Shown in pieces: positions 19,133 through 29,183 of a stretch of DNA of 64,000 nt (position 1 is the stretch's first letter; every line of letters starts with the position of its first letter). The translations under genes were made by a program, and so were the position numbers. Source of the stretch: Thermodesulfobacteriota bacterium (GTDB taxonomy: Bacteria; Desulfobacterota; Desulfobacteria; Desulfobacterales; SURF-7); contig JBMORA010000024.1 in assembly GCA_049320885.1 (NCBI GenBank), forward strand, positions 1-64,000, given 5' to 3'. The notes under the pieces were generated by a model, which worked only from the letters and a program-made list of their open reading frames with translations, was not told where the DNA came from and did not search any database.

Positions 19133-21184
19133 ATGAAAAAACAACGAGTCGCCTTGACGGTTCTTCCGGTGCTGGCCCTCACCATGTTCGCCTTCCTATT
19201 CGCCGTCCCCCCGGTACCTGTTGCGGCGCAGACGGCGAGATACGTGCCCGGTGAAATCATCGTGCGCTTCAAATCGAACCTTCGTAAAACCGAGGTCCGG
19301 AACTTCGGAAACCGGCATCAATTCAAAGGACTGCGCCGCTTTCCCGCCATCGGAGCAGCGGCGTTTGCATTGCCTCCTGAAACCGATGTGCGGAAAGCGC
19401 TCACCGCTGTCCGCCGCGACCCGGAGGTGCTCTACGCCGAACCGAATTATTACCGGTACGCCCTGGAAACCATACCGGACGATTCTTTTTTCAACCAGCT
19501 CTGGGGACTGAAGAACACGGGGCAGGTCGTCAACAATACCGCCGGTCTCTTTAATGCCGACATCGACGCACCGGAGGCCTGGGACGTCTCCACGGGCAAC
19601 GAACCGGTGATCGCGGTAATCGATTCGGGAATTGACTTTCATCATCCGGATCTGAAAGTCAATCTTTGGACGAACCCAAAAGAAATCCCCGATAACGGCT
19701 TTGACGACGACGGCAATGGCTATATCGATGATATCCATGGATGGAATTTCACGGGCTATGATCCACCCGGCGCCAGGGGGGACGCCAACATTATCGATTC
19801 CAATCATCATGGCACCCATGTGAGCGGGATCATCGCGGCCCGGGGCGACAATGGGACGGGCACCGTCGGGGTCTGCTGGAAGGCCCGTATCATGACCCTG
19901 AAATTTCTGGATGCCTACGGCGAGGGAAGTGTCACGGACGAGATCGCCGCCATCGAGTATGCCGTGCAAAACGGGGCCAGGATCATCAACGCCAGCTTCG
20001 GTGATTACCAGGCGAGCGAAGCCGAAGCCGAGGCCATCGCCAGGGCCGAAAGGGCCGGCGTCCTGTTCGTGTGCGCCGCCGGGAATTACGGAAAAAACAA
20101 TGACCGCGAGCCGCTTTATCCTGCAAGTTACCGGAGCGGAAACATCCTGTCCGTTGCCGCATCCGATCAGCAGGACAACCTGCCGGAATGGTCGAATTAC
20201 GGCAATGTTTCGGTGGATATCGCCGCGCCGGGAGTCAACATCTATGCTCCCCAGCCTGGAAGAGAAGACTTCTGGAAGGAAACCTTCGACCGCGACATCA
20301 ACGGTTCCTGGACCCTGACGCCCCCATGGTCGCATCTCTGGCCGACCGCCAACCGGAATACCGTCCATTCCGGAAACGGTTCCCTGACCAATACCCTGGA
20401 AACCGGTGACGGAAATTTTTTCCCGGGAACGGCCGCATCTCCGGCGGTGAACCTAACCGGTTGCGTCAACAACCGTCTGGTCTTTTATCTGAAGCGCCGC
20501 TCGGTTCAGGGAAAGGACAGGCTTTTCGTGGAAACCGCCACCAACGTGGAAGGCCCGTGGAGCAAACGGGCGGTCGAAATACTGATCCCTCATTTGGGCA
20601 CATCGGTGGTGTATGAAAACGGCGTTGACGGCGACTTCATCGACTGGCGGGAAGCCATGGTCGATATCACCAATCTGGATGATGCCCGGACGGCTTATTT
20701 CCGCTTTCGGATTTCAGCCGACGGTGGTCTTACGGAAGGTATCGACGGCTGGTATATCGATGACCCGGTGATTTCCGTCAGCGCGACATCATACAACGGT
20801 CCGGAAACGGATTACTATCGATACCTGAACGGCACTTCCGCGGCGGCGCCGTTTGTATCCGGGGTAGCGGCTCTGGTCTGGAGCTGCTACCCGGAGCTGT
20901 CCTATTGCCAGGTGAAAAATGCCATCCTGAACAGCGGGGATTTTCGACCAGGCCTGGACGGCCGGATTTCGAGCGGCAGAAGACTGAACGCGATGAAGAG
21001 CCTTGCTTTAGCGGCGGATCCGCTGTCCCTGCCGGTTTCGTGCGGCGACGGCGCGCCGGGGAACTCCGTTGACGGCGACAGCGACGCGCCGTGTTGGATC
21101 GGTTCCATGGGAATTTCAGACTCCGGGAAACAGGCGGTACTCACAGATCGAAGGGGGTCAGACTCTCATAGGAATCCTCGGTGA
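19133..21184 (+). CDS. S8 subtilase with inserted beta-sandwich (MAM-like) domain
   Basis: Signal peptide and propeptide; VIDSG (Asp), HGTHV (His), GTSAAAP (Ser), AAGN. Confidence 0.93.
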   Translation: MKKQRVALTVLPVLALTMFAFLFAVPPVPVAAQTARYVPGEIIVRFKSNLRKTEVRNFGNRHQFKGLRRFPAIGAAAFALPPETDVRKALTAVRRDPEVLYAEPNYYRYALETIPDDSFFNQLWGLKNTGQVVNNTAGLFNADIDAPEAWDVSTGNEPVIAVIDSGIDFHHPDLKVNLWTNPKEIPDNGFDDDGNGYIDDIHGWNFTGYDPPGARGDANIIDSNHHGTHVSGIIAARGDNGTGTVGVCWKARIMTLKFLDAYGEGSVTDEIAAIEYAVQNGARIINASFGDYQASEAEAEAIARAERAGVLFVCAAGNYGKNNDREPLYPASYRSGNILSVAASDQQDNLPEWSNYGNVSVDIAAPGVNIYAPQPGREDFWKETFDRDINGSWTLTPPWSHLWPTANRNTVHSGNGSLTNTLETGDGNFFPGTAASPAVNLTGCVNNRLVFYLKRRSVQGKDRLFVETATNVEGPWSKRAVEILIPHLGTSVVYENGVDGDFIDWREAMVDITNLDDARTAYFRFRISADGGLTEGIDGWYIDDPVISVSATSYNGPETDYYRYLNGTSAAAPFVSGVAALVWSCYPELSYCQVKNAILNSGDFRPGLDGRISSGRRLNAMKSLALAADPLSLPVSCGDGAPGNSVDGDSDAPCWIGSMGISDSGKQAVLTDRRGSDSHRNPR

Positions 21185-22055
21185 CCAGCAGCGTCTGCTC
21201 GAACTGAGCCGACAGGGAACGATCCGCCGTGACCGCCGTCCAGTGATCCTCCAGAATCCTCAGTCGGGCGCCGCCCAGGTTGATCATGGGCTCCACGGTG
21301 AACACCATTCCCGGTACCAGGGGGATCCCCTCTCCTTTTTTACCGAAATGCGGAATCTGGGGGGCCTCATGAAAATACCGGCCGATGCCGTGCCCCACGA
21401 ATTCACGGACCACCGAACAGCCCCGGCCTTCGGCATATTGTTGAATCGCCCAACCGATATCACCCACGGTATTCCCGGGTCGGACCATGCCGAGTGCGAT
21501 TTTCAGGCTTTGTTGCGCGACATCGACAATTTTCCGGGCGTTTTCACCCGGTGTGCCCACAAAAAAAGTGCGGTTGGCGTCCGCATAAAAGCCGTCCAGG
21601 ATCGAGGTGACATCGACATTGATGATGTCGCCGTCCATTAATACCCGTTCACCGGGAATGCCGTGACAGATCACCTCATTGACCGATGTGCAGACACTCT
21701 TCGGGAAGCCCTTGTAATTCAAGGGCGCCGGCCTTGCGTTGTGACGGATGGTGAAATCATGAACCAGCGTGTTAATGTCATCCGTTTTCATCCCGACCCG
21801 GATTTCACGGGCCACCATAGCGAGGGTTTCGACCACCAACCGGCCGGCCCGCCTGATTCCTTCGATCTCCTCCGGTCGCTTCAGCCGAATCTTGTACCGC
21901 TTGTAATACAGATCCGTCAGGTTCGACTCGCTGGAACGGGACGTTTCCATGCAGCATTTTTTGTATTTTTTCCCGCTTCCGCACGGGCAGAGATCATTTC
22001 GTCCGACTTTTTCATCGTATTGTTTCACTCGGTAAACCCTCGCTGTTCCATCCAT
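21141..22055 (-). CDS. map: Type I methionine aminopeptidase with N-terminal SEC-C motif
   Basis: GRNDLCPCGSGKKYKKCC; CHGIP, GHGIG..HE, TVEPM, AQFEQT. Confidence 0.93.
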   Translation of the reverse strand: MDGTARVYRVKQYDEKVGRNDLCPCGSGKKYKKCCMETSRSSESNLTDLYYKRYKIRLKRPEEIEGIRRAGRLVVETLAMVAREIRVGMKTDDINTLVHDFTIRHNARPAPLNYKGFPKSVCTSVNEVICHGIPGERVLMDGDIINVDVTSILDGFYADANRTFFVGTPGENARKIVDVAQQSLKIALGMVRPGNTVGDIGWAIQQYAEGRGCSVVREFVGHGIGRYFHEAPQIPHFGKKGEGIPLVPGMVFTVEPMINLGGARLRILEDHWTAVTADRSLSAQFEQTLLVTEDSYESLTPFDL

Positions 22056-22177
22056 ATTGCCGCTGCCCACAAAGCTAATTCAATCCGACCGGGATGTCAA
22101 ACAGGAATCCGGAAAATTATGCTTGATTCCTGAGCGGTTTATCTATATTCACCCTTCAAAGGAAAAATAGATTCGCC

Positions 22178-22936
22178 ATGTCAGCATATATCAAATCCGA
22201 CCATATCGCCGGTCCTGTCGCCGGGGGGGAAAAACACCTGGCTGGGGAAACCGATGCGCGGATCGAATGCCCGTTGAACAAGCCGGATTGCCCGGTGATG
22301 GAAGCGCTGCTGCGGTCCCGAAACGAATGCCGTGTGCTCCAGGAGTTGTCCCGCACCGACTCCCTCACCGGATATTTCAATTTCCGGCATTTTTCCGAAG
22401 CGCTGGCCGGCGAAATGGAACGGACCTCCCGGACTGGGCTGCCCACCGGTTTGATCATGATCGATCTCGATCATTTCAAACGGGTCAACGACACCTACGG
22501 GCACGAAACCGGCAACGACGTGCTGCGCTGGTCCAGCGATATCTTCCGTGACAATATCCGGCGTCTGGACATTCCCTGCCGATACGGCGGAGAGGAATTC
22601 GCCATCATCCTTCCGGGCACGCCCTTGGCCGGAGCGGTGCATGTGGCCAAGCGTCTGCAGTCGGAACTGCTGCACCAGCCCTTCCGGAAAGACGGCATCT
22701 CCCCGCTGCCTCTCACCGCCAGTTTCGGTGTGGATGTCTATACCGGTCGTCCAGGAGAAAGCCCGAAAGAATTCATCCACAGGACCGACCGATTGCTGCT
22801 GGAAGCCAAGGAAAAGGGCCGCAACCGAATCTGTTTCAACCAGTCCAGCATGAAAACGGCCGCCTCGGAAGTTTCCCGGGAGGAACGCGATGCTCTCGGC
22901 ATTTCCCGGCGCTCGAACGGGAATCAAACAGGATAA
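22178..22936 (+). CDS. Diguanylate cyclase
   Basis: DLDHFKRVND, RxxD I-site (RRLD), GGEEF. Confidence 0.92.
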   Translation: MSAYIKSDHIAGPVAGGEKHLAGETDARIECPLNKPDCPVMEALLRSRNECRVLQELSRTDSLTGYFNFRHFSEALAGEMERTSRTGLPTGLIMIDLDHFKRVNDTYGHETGNDVLRWSSDIFRDNIRRLDIPCRYGGEEFAIILPGTPLAGAVHVAKRLQSELLHQPFRKDGISPLPLTASFGVDVYTGRPGESPKEFIHRTDRLLLEAKEKGRNRICFNQSSMKTAASEVSREERDALGISRRSNGNQTG

Positions 22937-22967
22937 CCTCTTTCAACCACCCAAGGAGAGCTGTTGT

Positions 22968-24425
22968 ATGACGGATAACCAGGACAACGACCTGCATGAC
23001 GACGCGGAAGAAAGCGATTTCGCCGCCCTCCTCGACAACTACACTTCCGGTATGAACGAAAATATCAAGGCCGGCGACCGCATACAGGGGAAAATCATCG
23101 CCGTGGGCAAGGATACCGTCGATATCGACACCGGCACCAAGCTTGACGGCGTGATCAGCAAAACGGAGTTGCTCAATGAAAAAGGCGAATTCACTTTCAA
23201 GAAAGGGGATCTGGTCGACCTGTACGTGGTATCGCTGACGGAAAGCGAAATCCTTCTGTCCAAGGTCTTGACCGGAATCGACAGTTCCCATCTGCTGCTG
23301 GACGCTTTCCAGAACAAAATCCCGGTGGAAGGCAAGGTGAGTGAAACCTGCAAGGGCGGATTCCACGTGGACATCATGAAAAAGCGGGCCTTTTGCCCGA
23401 TCAGCCAAATGGATATAAAATATGTTAAAGATCCGAATATTTATGTCGGCAACAGCTACCATTTCGTCATCACGCGGTATGAACATAACGGCCGCAACAT
23501 CGTCGTTTCCCGCCGGGATCAGCTCGAAAAGGATCTGGAGGCAGCCCGCCGCGCCTTCATCGCAGGACTTTCCGTGGGGGCTCTGCTGGAAGGAAGGGTC
23601 ATCAAAACGATGCCCTTCGGCGTATTTGTGGAACTGTTTCCCGGCATCGAAGGCATGGTTCACATCTCCGAATTGTCCTGGTCCCGGGTGGCGGCGGCGG
23701 ACGATATCCTGAAGGTCGACGAAACAGCTGTTTTCAAGGTGATCGGTCTGGAGATGAAGGAATCCGGCAAGGTGAAAGTGGCCCTCTCCCTGAAACAGGC
23801 GGACGCCGATCCCTGGGAAACCATCGACAACCGGTTTCATGCCGGCGACCAGGTTTCCGGGAAAGTCACCCGCTGCGCGGCTTTCGGCGCCTTCGTCGAA
23901 ATCGCTCCGGGGCTGGAAGGTCTGGTCCACATCAGCGAAATGAGCTATCTCAAGCGCATCCTGAGGCCGGAAGATGTGGTGTCGCCGGGGGATACCGTTT
24001 CCGTGCTGATCAAGGAAATCGACAAGACCGGCAAACGCATTGCCCTGAGCATGCGGGATGCGGAAGGCGATCCCTGGAACGATATTCAGCAGAAGTATAA
24101 AATCGGTCAGGCGGTTGTTGGAACCTTGGTGAAAAAGGAAAAATATGGATATTTCATCACCCTCGAACCCGGGATCACCGGGCTCTATCCCAAATCCAGA
24201 CAGGGAATGGAGACGGAAGAGGGTCCCCTGGAATCACTAAAGCCCGGTCAACCGGTAACCGTCGCCATCGAGGCGGTTCTCCCCGCCGAACGAAGGATCA
24301 CGCTGGGACCGCTGCGCACCACCGGAGCGGACGACTGGCGAACGTTCTCATCCAAAACGGATAAACCCGTCGGTGACCTGGCGGCCAAACTGCACCAGGC
24401 CCTGAGCGGCAAGAAACAGGAGTGA
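22968..24425 (+). CDS. Ribosomal protein S1-like protein (5 S1 domains)
   Basis: Repeated FG(A/V)FVE..PG.EG.VHISE S1 motifs; AAGGAG RBS. Confidence 0.88.
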   Translation: MTDNQDNDLHDDAEESDFAALLDNYTSGMNENIKAGDRIQGKIIAVGKDTVDIDTGTKLDGVISKTELLNEKGEFTFKKGDLVDLYVVSLTESEILLSKVLTGIDSSHLLLDAFQNKIPVEGKVSETCKGGFHVDIMKKRAFCPISQMDIKYVKDPNIYVGNSYHFVITRYEHNGRNIVVSRRDQLEKDLEAARRAFIAGLSVGALLEGRVIKTMPFGVFVELFPGIEGMVHISELSWSRVAAADDILKVDETAVFKVIGLEMKESGKVKVALSLKQADADPWETIDNRFHAGDQVSGKVTRCAAFGAFVEIAPGLEGLVHISEMSYLKRILRPEDVVSPGDTVSVLIKEIDKTGKRIALSMRDAEGDPWNDIQQKYKIGQAVVGTLVKKEKYGYFITLEPGITGLYPKSRQGMETEEGPLESLKPGQPVTVAIEAVLPAERRITLGPLRTTGADDWRTFSSKTDKPVGDLAAKLHQALSGKKQE

Positions 24426-24434
24426 CATTCCGGG

Positions 24435-25274
24435 TCAGATGAACCGCCCTGCCAGACCGGCCATGAGGGCATGCACCAGAATCAGCGCGGTTGCCAGGAT
24501 GCATCCGATTCCCAAAAACCGGTGGAACCGGCTTTCCCGGCGTTTTTGTTCATGACCCAGCAAAAACGCCAGACAGACTCCGGCGAGAAACCCTCCGCCG
24601 TGCCCCCAATTGTTGATACCCGGAATGATCATGCCGAAGATGAAAAGCATGAATACGGCGGCGCTCATCTGCCGGACGATAACCCGGCCCGCCGGCCCTC
24701 CCCGGCTGCAGCCATAATAAAACAACGCTCCCAGCAGGCCGCAGACCGAAGCGGAAGCGCCGATGGTGACCACGACGCCGGCCCAAAAGGACAGCAGGAA
24801 GCCCGCCGCTCCTCCCAGCAGGTATATCGAAGAGGTGCGGGAAAACCCGTACTGGCGGAACACCAACGGCCCTATCTGGGTGACGGCCGCCATGTTCAAA
24901 AAAATATGCAGCAGACTTCCATGCAGGAAATTGGCGGAAACCAGCGACCACCATCGATGCAGACGTTCGATGGGATAGACTCCGGTGGCGCCCAGCAGCA
25001 GGAGGCTGTTATCGTCCGGGGACAGAATGGAGAACGGATCGGCCGAAAGACCGGAGATGCTGCGGCTCAACAGCAGGGAAACGACGTAGATGCCGATATT
25101 CAGATTCACAACCGCGGTTGTCCAGCCCGCGGCGGATTGATAGCGCCGGAGCCACGTCCGGGGTTTGGACAACCGGCCGGGATGGGATAAACCGCAATGG
25201 GGACATCTGTCCTCGTCACTGCTGATCAGTTTCCGACATCCGGGGCACAAAATGGGTCCATGGGAATGGATCAT
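24435..25274 (-). CDS. Rhomboid intramembrane serine protease with N-terminal zinc ribbon
   Basis: CPGC..CPHC, HxxxxHxxxN, GAS, NWGHGGG. Confidence 0.9.
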   Translation of the reverse strand: MIHSHGPILCPGCRKLISSDEDRCPHCGLSHPGRLSKPRTWLRRYQSAAGWTTAVVNLNIGIYVVSLLLSRSISGLSADPFSILSPDDNSLLLLGATGVYPIERLHRWWSLVSANFLHGSLLHIFLNMAAVTQIGPLVFRQYGFSRTSSIYLLGGAAGFLLSFWAGVVVTIGASASVCGLLGALFYYGCSRGGPAGRVIVRQMSAAVFMLFIFGMIIPGINNWGHGGGFLAGVCLAFLLGHEQKRRESRFHRFLGIGCILATALILVHALMAGLAGRFI

Positions 25275-26245
25275 GTCGCGGACCCGCCATTCCCGGGTCT
25301 GCCGCAAGTTCCTGCCCTTCCGCCCCCCTTTTTTCCGGCATCCGGAGGTTGGATGGAAAAAAAATCCCGGGCGTTCCCGGCCAGCAAACGCTCCAGCCGG
25401 TCCTCCGAAAGGCCGGCCGCGGCGATTTTCTTGATTTCCCTGTCCCAGGCATAGGGGAGATTCGGGAAGTCGCTGCCGTACATGATGCGGTCGGAACGTA
25501 GGGTGGAAAGATCCGGGGGCCGGTGCCCCGGGAAAAAATCCCCGAGAACCATCGCCGTATCCAGCCAAAGATGGTCGTATCGTTCCATCAGGAGACGGAA
25601 TTCACGGACTTCATCGAAGCCCAGGTGGGGAATGCAGAGCCGTAACCGGGGAAAGGACCGTAACACCCGTTCGATTTTTTCCGCGCCGCAAATCCGGTGG
25701 GGATCCACCGGATAGGCCGGACTTTTCGGTTCCCTGCCCCCATGCAGGACCAGCGGTTTTCCTTCCCGGGCGCAGACATCATAAATCGATTCCATTGCCG
25801 GACTGTTCAGGTCGAATCCCTGCACATGGGCGTGTAGTTTCACACCATCCAGGCCGCTTTGAAATGCCTGTCTCAGGATTTGTCCGGCATTTTCCTCCCC
25901 CGGGAATACACTGGCCAGTCCGGTGACGTTCGGGTATTTCCGCCGCATATCCGCCATGAAGGTGTTCAAACCCGCGGCGATCCCCGGTTTATGGGCATAT
26001 TGAAGGGCCACCACGTGCCCGACTCCCCGGTTGAACAGAAAATCCAGAATATTCGCGGCGTTCATCCGGTATCGAATGGGCCAAGCGTACCGGTCGAACC
26101 AGTTCCAGATGGATTGGAATATCCCTTCCGGGAAAAGGTGCACATGGGCATCCACAACCGTCGGCAGCCCGTCGGGGATCCGGGAACTTTCCGCATCATT
26201 CAATACCGGCAGTGACTTGTTCAGCATACCAACTCCCTCTTCCAT
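25271..26245 (-). CDS. Amidohydrolase_2 family protein
   Basis: DAHVH, KLH, PHLG, YGSDFP; 4-bp overlap with rhomboid. Confidence 0.9.
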   Translation of the reverse strand: MEEGVGMLNKSLPVLNDAESSRIPDGLPTVVDAHVHLFPEGIFQSIWNWFDRYAWPIRYRMNAANILDFLFNRGVGHVVALQYAHKPGIAAGLNTFMADMRRKYPNVTGLASVFPGEENAGQILRQAFQSGLDGVKLHAHVQGFDLNSPAMESIYDVCAREGKPLVLHGGREPKSPAYPVDPHRICGAEKIERVLRSFPRLRLCIPHLGFDEVREFRLLMERYDHLWLDTAMVLGDFFPGHRPPDLSTLRSDRIMYGSDFPNLPYAWDREIKKIAAAGLSEDRLERLLAGNARDFFSIQPPDAGKKGGGRAGTCGRPGNGGSAT

Positions 26246-26312
26246 GGAAAAATTCGGCCGCCACGCTCAGGGGAATATGTATATGCCGTTTTCGATATCC
26301 CTGCAAACGGTT

Positions 26313-26810
26313 TTAATCCGCCCGGTTCGCTGTCGACACCGACTCGGGTTCCACAATGGTGAAATGAATGGTACGATACAATTTCCCGTTGATGTAGATT
26401 TCGATCTTCTGGTCGCCCAGGGGATCGCCCGCATCGTTGGCTGTCCAGCGCCAATAGTAGCCGTCATACACCCTGGTCGGCCCCAGCTTCACGAGCGCGG
26501 CGTTACCCGGGGAAGGGCGCTGGGTCATGGATATCTGCAAATCCGCGCCGGGGCCGTAATCGATTGAATAGGTGCTGAAATACAGGTTTTTGGATCGAAT
26601 GGTGTATCCCCAGCGGAAGCCGGTATCCTTCAGCCGTAACTCAATGGTGCGGGTCTCCTTGTATACAAAATAACTCCCGTCCGGGCGCCGCTTCATCAGC
26701 CCGAAGTCGATCTGATATTCCGGTTCACTTCCGGGCGAATAGCCGACGCCGTCAGCAGAGGGTGGGATGGCGACAATCAGTATCATCAGCAGAAACAGTT
26801 TTTTTTTCAT
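26313..26810 (-). CDS. Hypothetical secreted protein
   Basis: Signal peptide MKKKLFLL, GAGGAGG RBS. Confidence 0.7.
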   Translation of the reverse strand: MKKKLFLLMILIVAIPPSADGVGYSPGSEPEYQIDFGLMKRRPDGSYFVYKETRTIELRLKDTGFRWGYTIRSKNLYFSTYSIDYGPGADLQISMTQRPSPGNAALVKLGPTRVYDGYYWRWTANDAGDPLGDQKIEIYINGKLYRTIHFTIVEPESVSTANRAD

Positions 26811-26858
26811 GGGAGCACCTCCTCATTTTCTCTTCATGATGCTACTGGCAATTGAAAA

Positions 26859-26875
26859 AAGCACATTGCGTGCCA
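26859..26875 (-). promoter_or_regulatory. Putative sigma54 promoter
   Basis: Minus strand TGGCACGCAATGTGCTT (GG-N10-GC), about 50 bp upstream of 26810. Confidence 0.65.
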
Positions 26876-27074
26876 TTATTCATTTTTGTGCGTAATTCAT
26901 ATCCTCTATGAACTTCGACCATCCGCTCGAAGCAGGGGGGCCGGGGGTAAATACAGGTACCGATCCCACCGAATGAAACATTTGTCCTGAAAAACTGGAC
27001 AAACCGATGGTCCAGGCGCATCACGGTGAAATCGCCGCTTGCCATTTTCCATTATCCTGTTTAGGATATCGGCG

Positions 27075-28052
27075 ATGGAAGTTATGGAATCAGATAACCG
27101 TAACGAAAAATTACCGAACCCGGTCATCATGAAAAACCAGCCGAGATGGTACCGCATCGCCGAGGTTGAACGTATTTCCGGCGTCTCCCGGCGGACCATC
27201 CATTTTTATCTTCAGCAGGGTCTGCTGCACCCTCCCCGTAAAACGGGAAAAACCATGGCATATTATGACGATGCCCACATTCTGAAACTCGGCCTTATCC
27301 GAAATTCAAAACAGGAAGGCGTCCCCCTGATCGCCATCAAGGAAAAGCTGGCAGGACTGAATCTTTCCGGACAGGCGGCTTCCGGGCATCCACAACCGGC
27401 GCCGCCTGTTTCCGGTCGGAGATCCGATCCGGGGCCACGGAAGCGCAAGACCAAAGGACAAAAAACCCGTGAAACCATTCTGGATATCGGTTGCGCTCTT
27501 TTCAGGGAGAAGGGCTACAAGGGAACCAAGGTCAGCGACATTGTTTCCGCCATGAATGTCGGTAAAGGCACTTTTTATTTTTATTTCACCGATAAAAAGG
27601 AACTTCTGCTGGAATGTGTGCCGCGGATCTTCGGTGAACTGTTCTCCGCGGGCTGGGATCGCATCCGCAAAATCCAGCATCCCCTGAAACGCCTGGAAAT
27701 GCGCGCCAGAACCGTTTTCCCGGTATTGAAGGAATTCTGCGCGATTGTTCAACTGAGCAAGGAAGCCATCGAAGACAGTGATCCCAAAATCCATCAACTG
27801 GGCGACCGGACATACCGCTCCATCTGCCGCCCGCTGGAAGACGATATCCGGAAAGGCATTGAGACCGGACTCTTTCAACCCGTCAATACGCGTGTCGCGG
27901 CGATTTTTATGATTGGAATCATGGAAAATATTTATTATCTGCAACGAACCGATCCCACCATTCAGCCGGAACGGATCTGGGACGGCATGCTGAACCTGAT
28001 CACCCACGGCATTGTCGGAACCGGATCCAACGAAACCCCTTCCATGCCCTGA
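27075..28052 (+). CDS. MerR-HTH / TetR fusion regulator
   Basis: RIAEV..SGVSRRTIHFY...GLL (MerR) + linker + F.EKGY..T.V.DI...VGKGTFYFYF.DK (TetR); start uncertain (27075-27129). Confidence 0.85.
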   Translation: MEVMESDNRNEKLPNPVIMKNQPRWYRIAEVERISGVSRRTIHFYLQQGLLHPPRKTGKTMAYYDDAHILKLGLIRNSKQEGVPLIAIKEKLAGLNLSGQAASGHPQPAPPVSGRRSDPGPRKRKTKGQKTRETILDIGCALFREKGYKGTKVSDIVSAMNVGKGTFYFYFTDKKELLLECVPRIFGELFSAGWDRIRKIQHPLKRLEMRARTVFPVLKEFCAIVQLSKEAIEDSDPKIHQLGDRTYRSICRPLEDDIRKGIETGLFQPVNTRVAAIFMIGIMENIYYLQRTDPTIQPERIWDGMLNLITHGIVGTGSNETPSMP

Positions 28053-28218
28053 CATCGCGGCATGAATATTTTGTTGTCTTCCATGACATTTCTTTGTATG
28101 ACACCTCAAGTCCATCGGGACTTACGTGAAAATCGTCGCCCGTATCGGCCCCTGTGCCAGGAAACAAGGCAACCCGACGATGCAGGCCAATATCTTCATT
28201 TATCCGTAGAAAGCACTT

Positions 28219-29154
28219 ATGACCGGTCATCCCAAATTCATCCAACGGAAACCAATAAAAACCGACGCATTCCGACACCTGTATCCTTTCCGGTCCCATT
28301 TCCTGAACCGCAACGGCTTTCAATATCATTATCTGGATGAAGGCAGCGGCGATCCGGTGATCATGCTACACGGAAACCCCACCTGGTCCTTCTACTATCG
28401 CAGCCTGGTTCAAGCCCTTGCTCCCGAATATCGAACCATCGTTCCGGACCATATCGGCTGCGGTTTGTCCGACAAGCCCGGTCCCGATGAATACGACTAT
28501 ACCGTGAAAAGCCGGGTGGAAGACCTCGAAGCCCTGCTGGCGCAGCTGCGGATCCAGAGCCGTATCACCCTGGTCCTGCACGACTGGGGCGGAATGATCG
28601 GACTGATCTTCGCCCTCAGGAATTTACCCAGTATCAGCCGGCTGGTGATCACCAATACAACCGGGTTTTTCACCCCCGGGGGAAAAGGGCTGCCCTGGCG
28701 GCTGAAACTGATCCGCCACCTGACGCCGCTTGCAACCATCGGGGTGCTCGGGTTCAATCTTTTTTCCGTTGCCGCCCTCCATATGGCTTCCCGCAAAGGG
28801 CTGTCAAAGGATGTCCGCATGGGGCTGACGGCGCCTTATAACTGCTGGGCCAACCGGATCGCGACATTGAAATTCGTTCAGGATATTCCGGTTTCCCCCC
28901 GTGATCCCAGTTATCCGCTGGGACGTTTCATGGAGGAAAACCTGCATAAACTGGCTTCCGTTCCCAAGCTGATCTGCTGGGGCGAACACGATTTCGTCTT
29001 CACCACGGCCTTTCTGGCGGAATGGAAACGGCGGTTTCCGGATGCGGAAGTGCATCAATTCCGGGATGCCGGGCATTATCTTCTGGAAGATGTTCCGGAT
29101 CGGGTCATCCCGCTGGTGAAGAAATTTTTACGGCAGCACCCGCTGCAACCGTGA
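28219..29154 (+). CDS. oleB: OleB-like beta-lactone decarboxylase (haloalkane dehalogenase fold)
   Basis: HGNPTWSFYYR, HDWGG nucleophile Asp, AGHY; linked to oleC/oleD. Confidence 0.8.
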   Translation: MTGHPKFIQRKPIKTDAFRHLYPFRSHFLNRNGFQYHYLDEGSGDPVIMLHGNPTWSFYYRSLVQALAPEYRTIVPDHIGCGLSDKPGPDEYDYTVKSRVEDLEALLAQLRIQSRITLVLHDWGGMIGLIFALRNLPSISRLVITNTTGFFTPGGKGLPWRLKLIRHLTPLATIGVLGFNLFSVAALHMASRKGLSKDVRMGLTAPYNCWANRIATLKFVQDIPVSPRDPSYPLGRFMEENLHKLASVPKLICWGEHDFVFTTAFLAEWKRRFPDAEVHQFRDAGHYLLEDVPDRVIPLVKKFLRQHPLQP

Positions 29155-29183
29155 ACAACGGGCGCCGAAAGGCTCGCTGACAT

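Noticed and set aside
28053..28218. Riboswitch upstream of oleB
   Set aside because: Only a short atcgtcg/cgacgat stem; no known aptamer consensus recognised
28219..29154. Haloalkane dehalogenase call
   Set aside because: Same fold, but adjacency to oleC/oleD favours OleB
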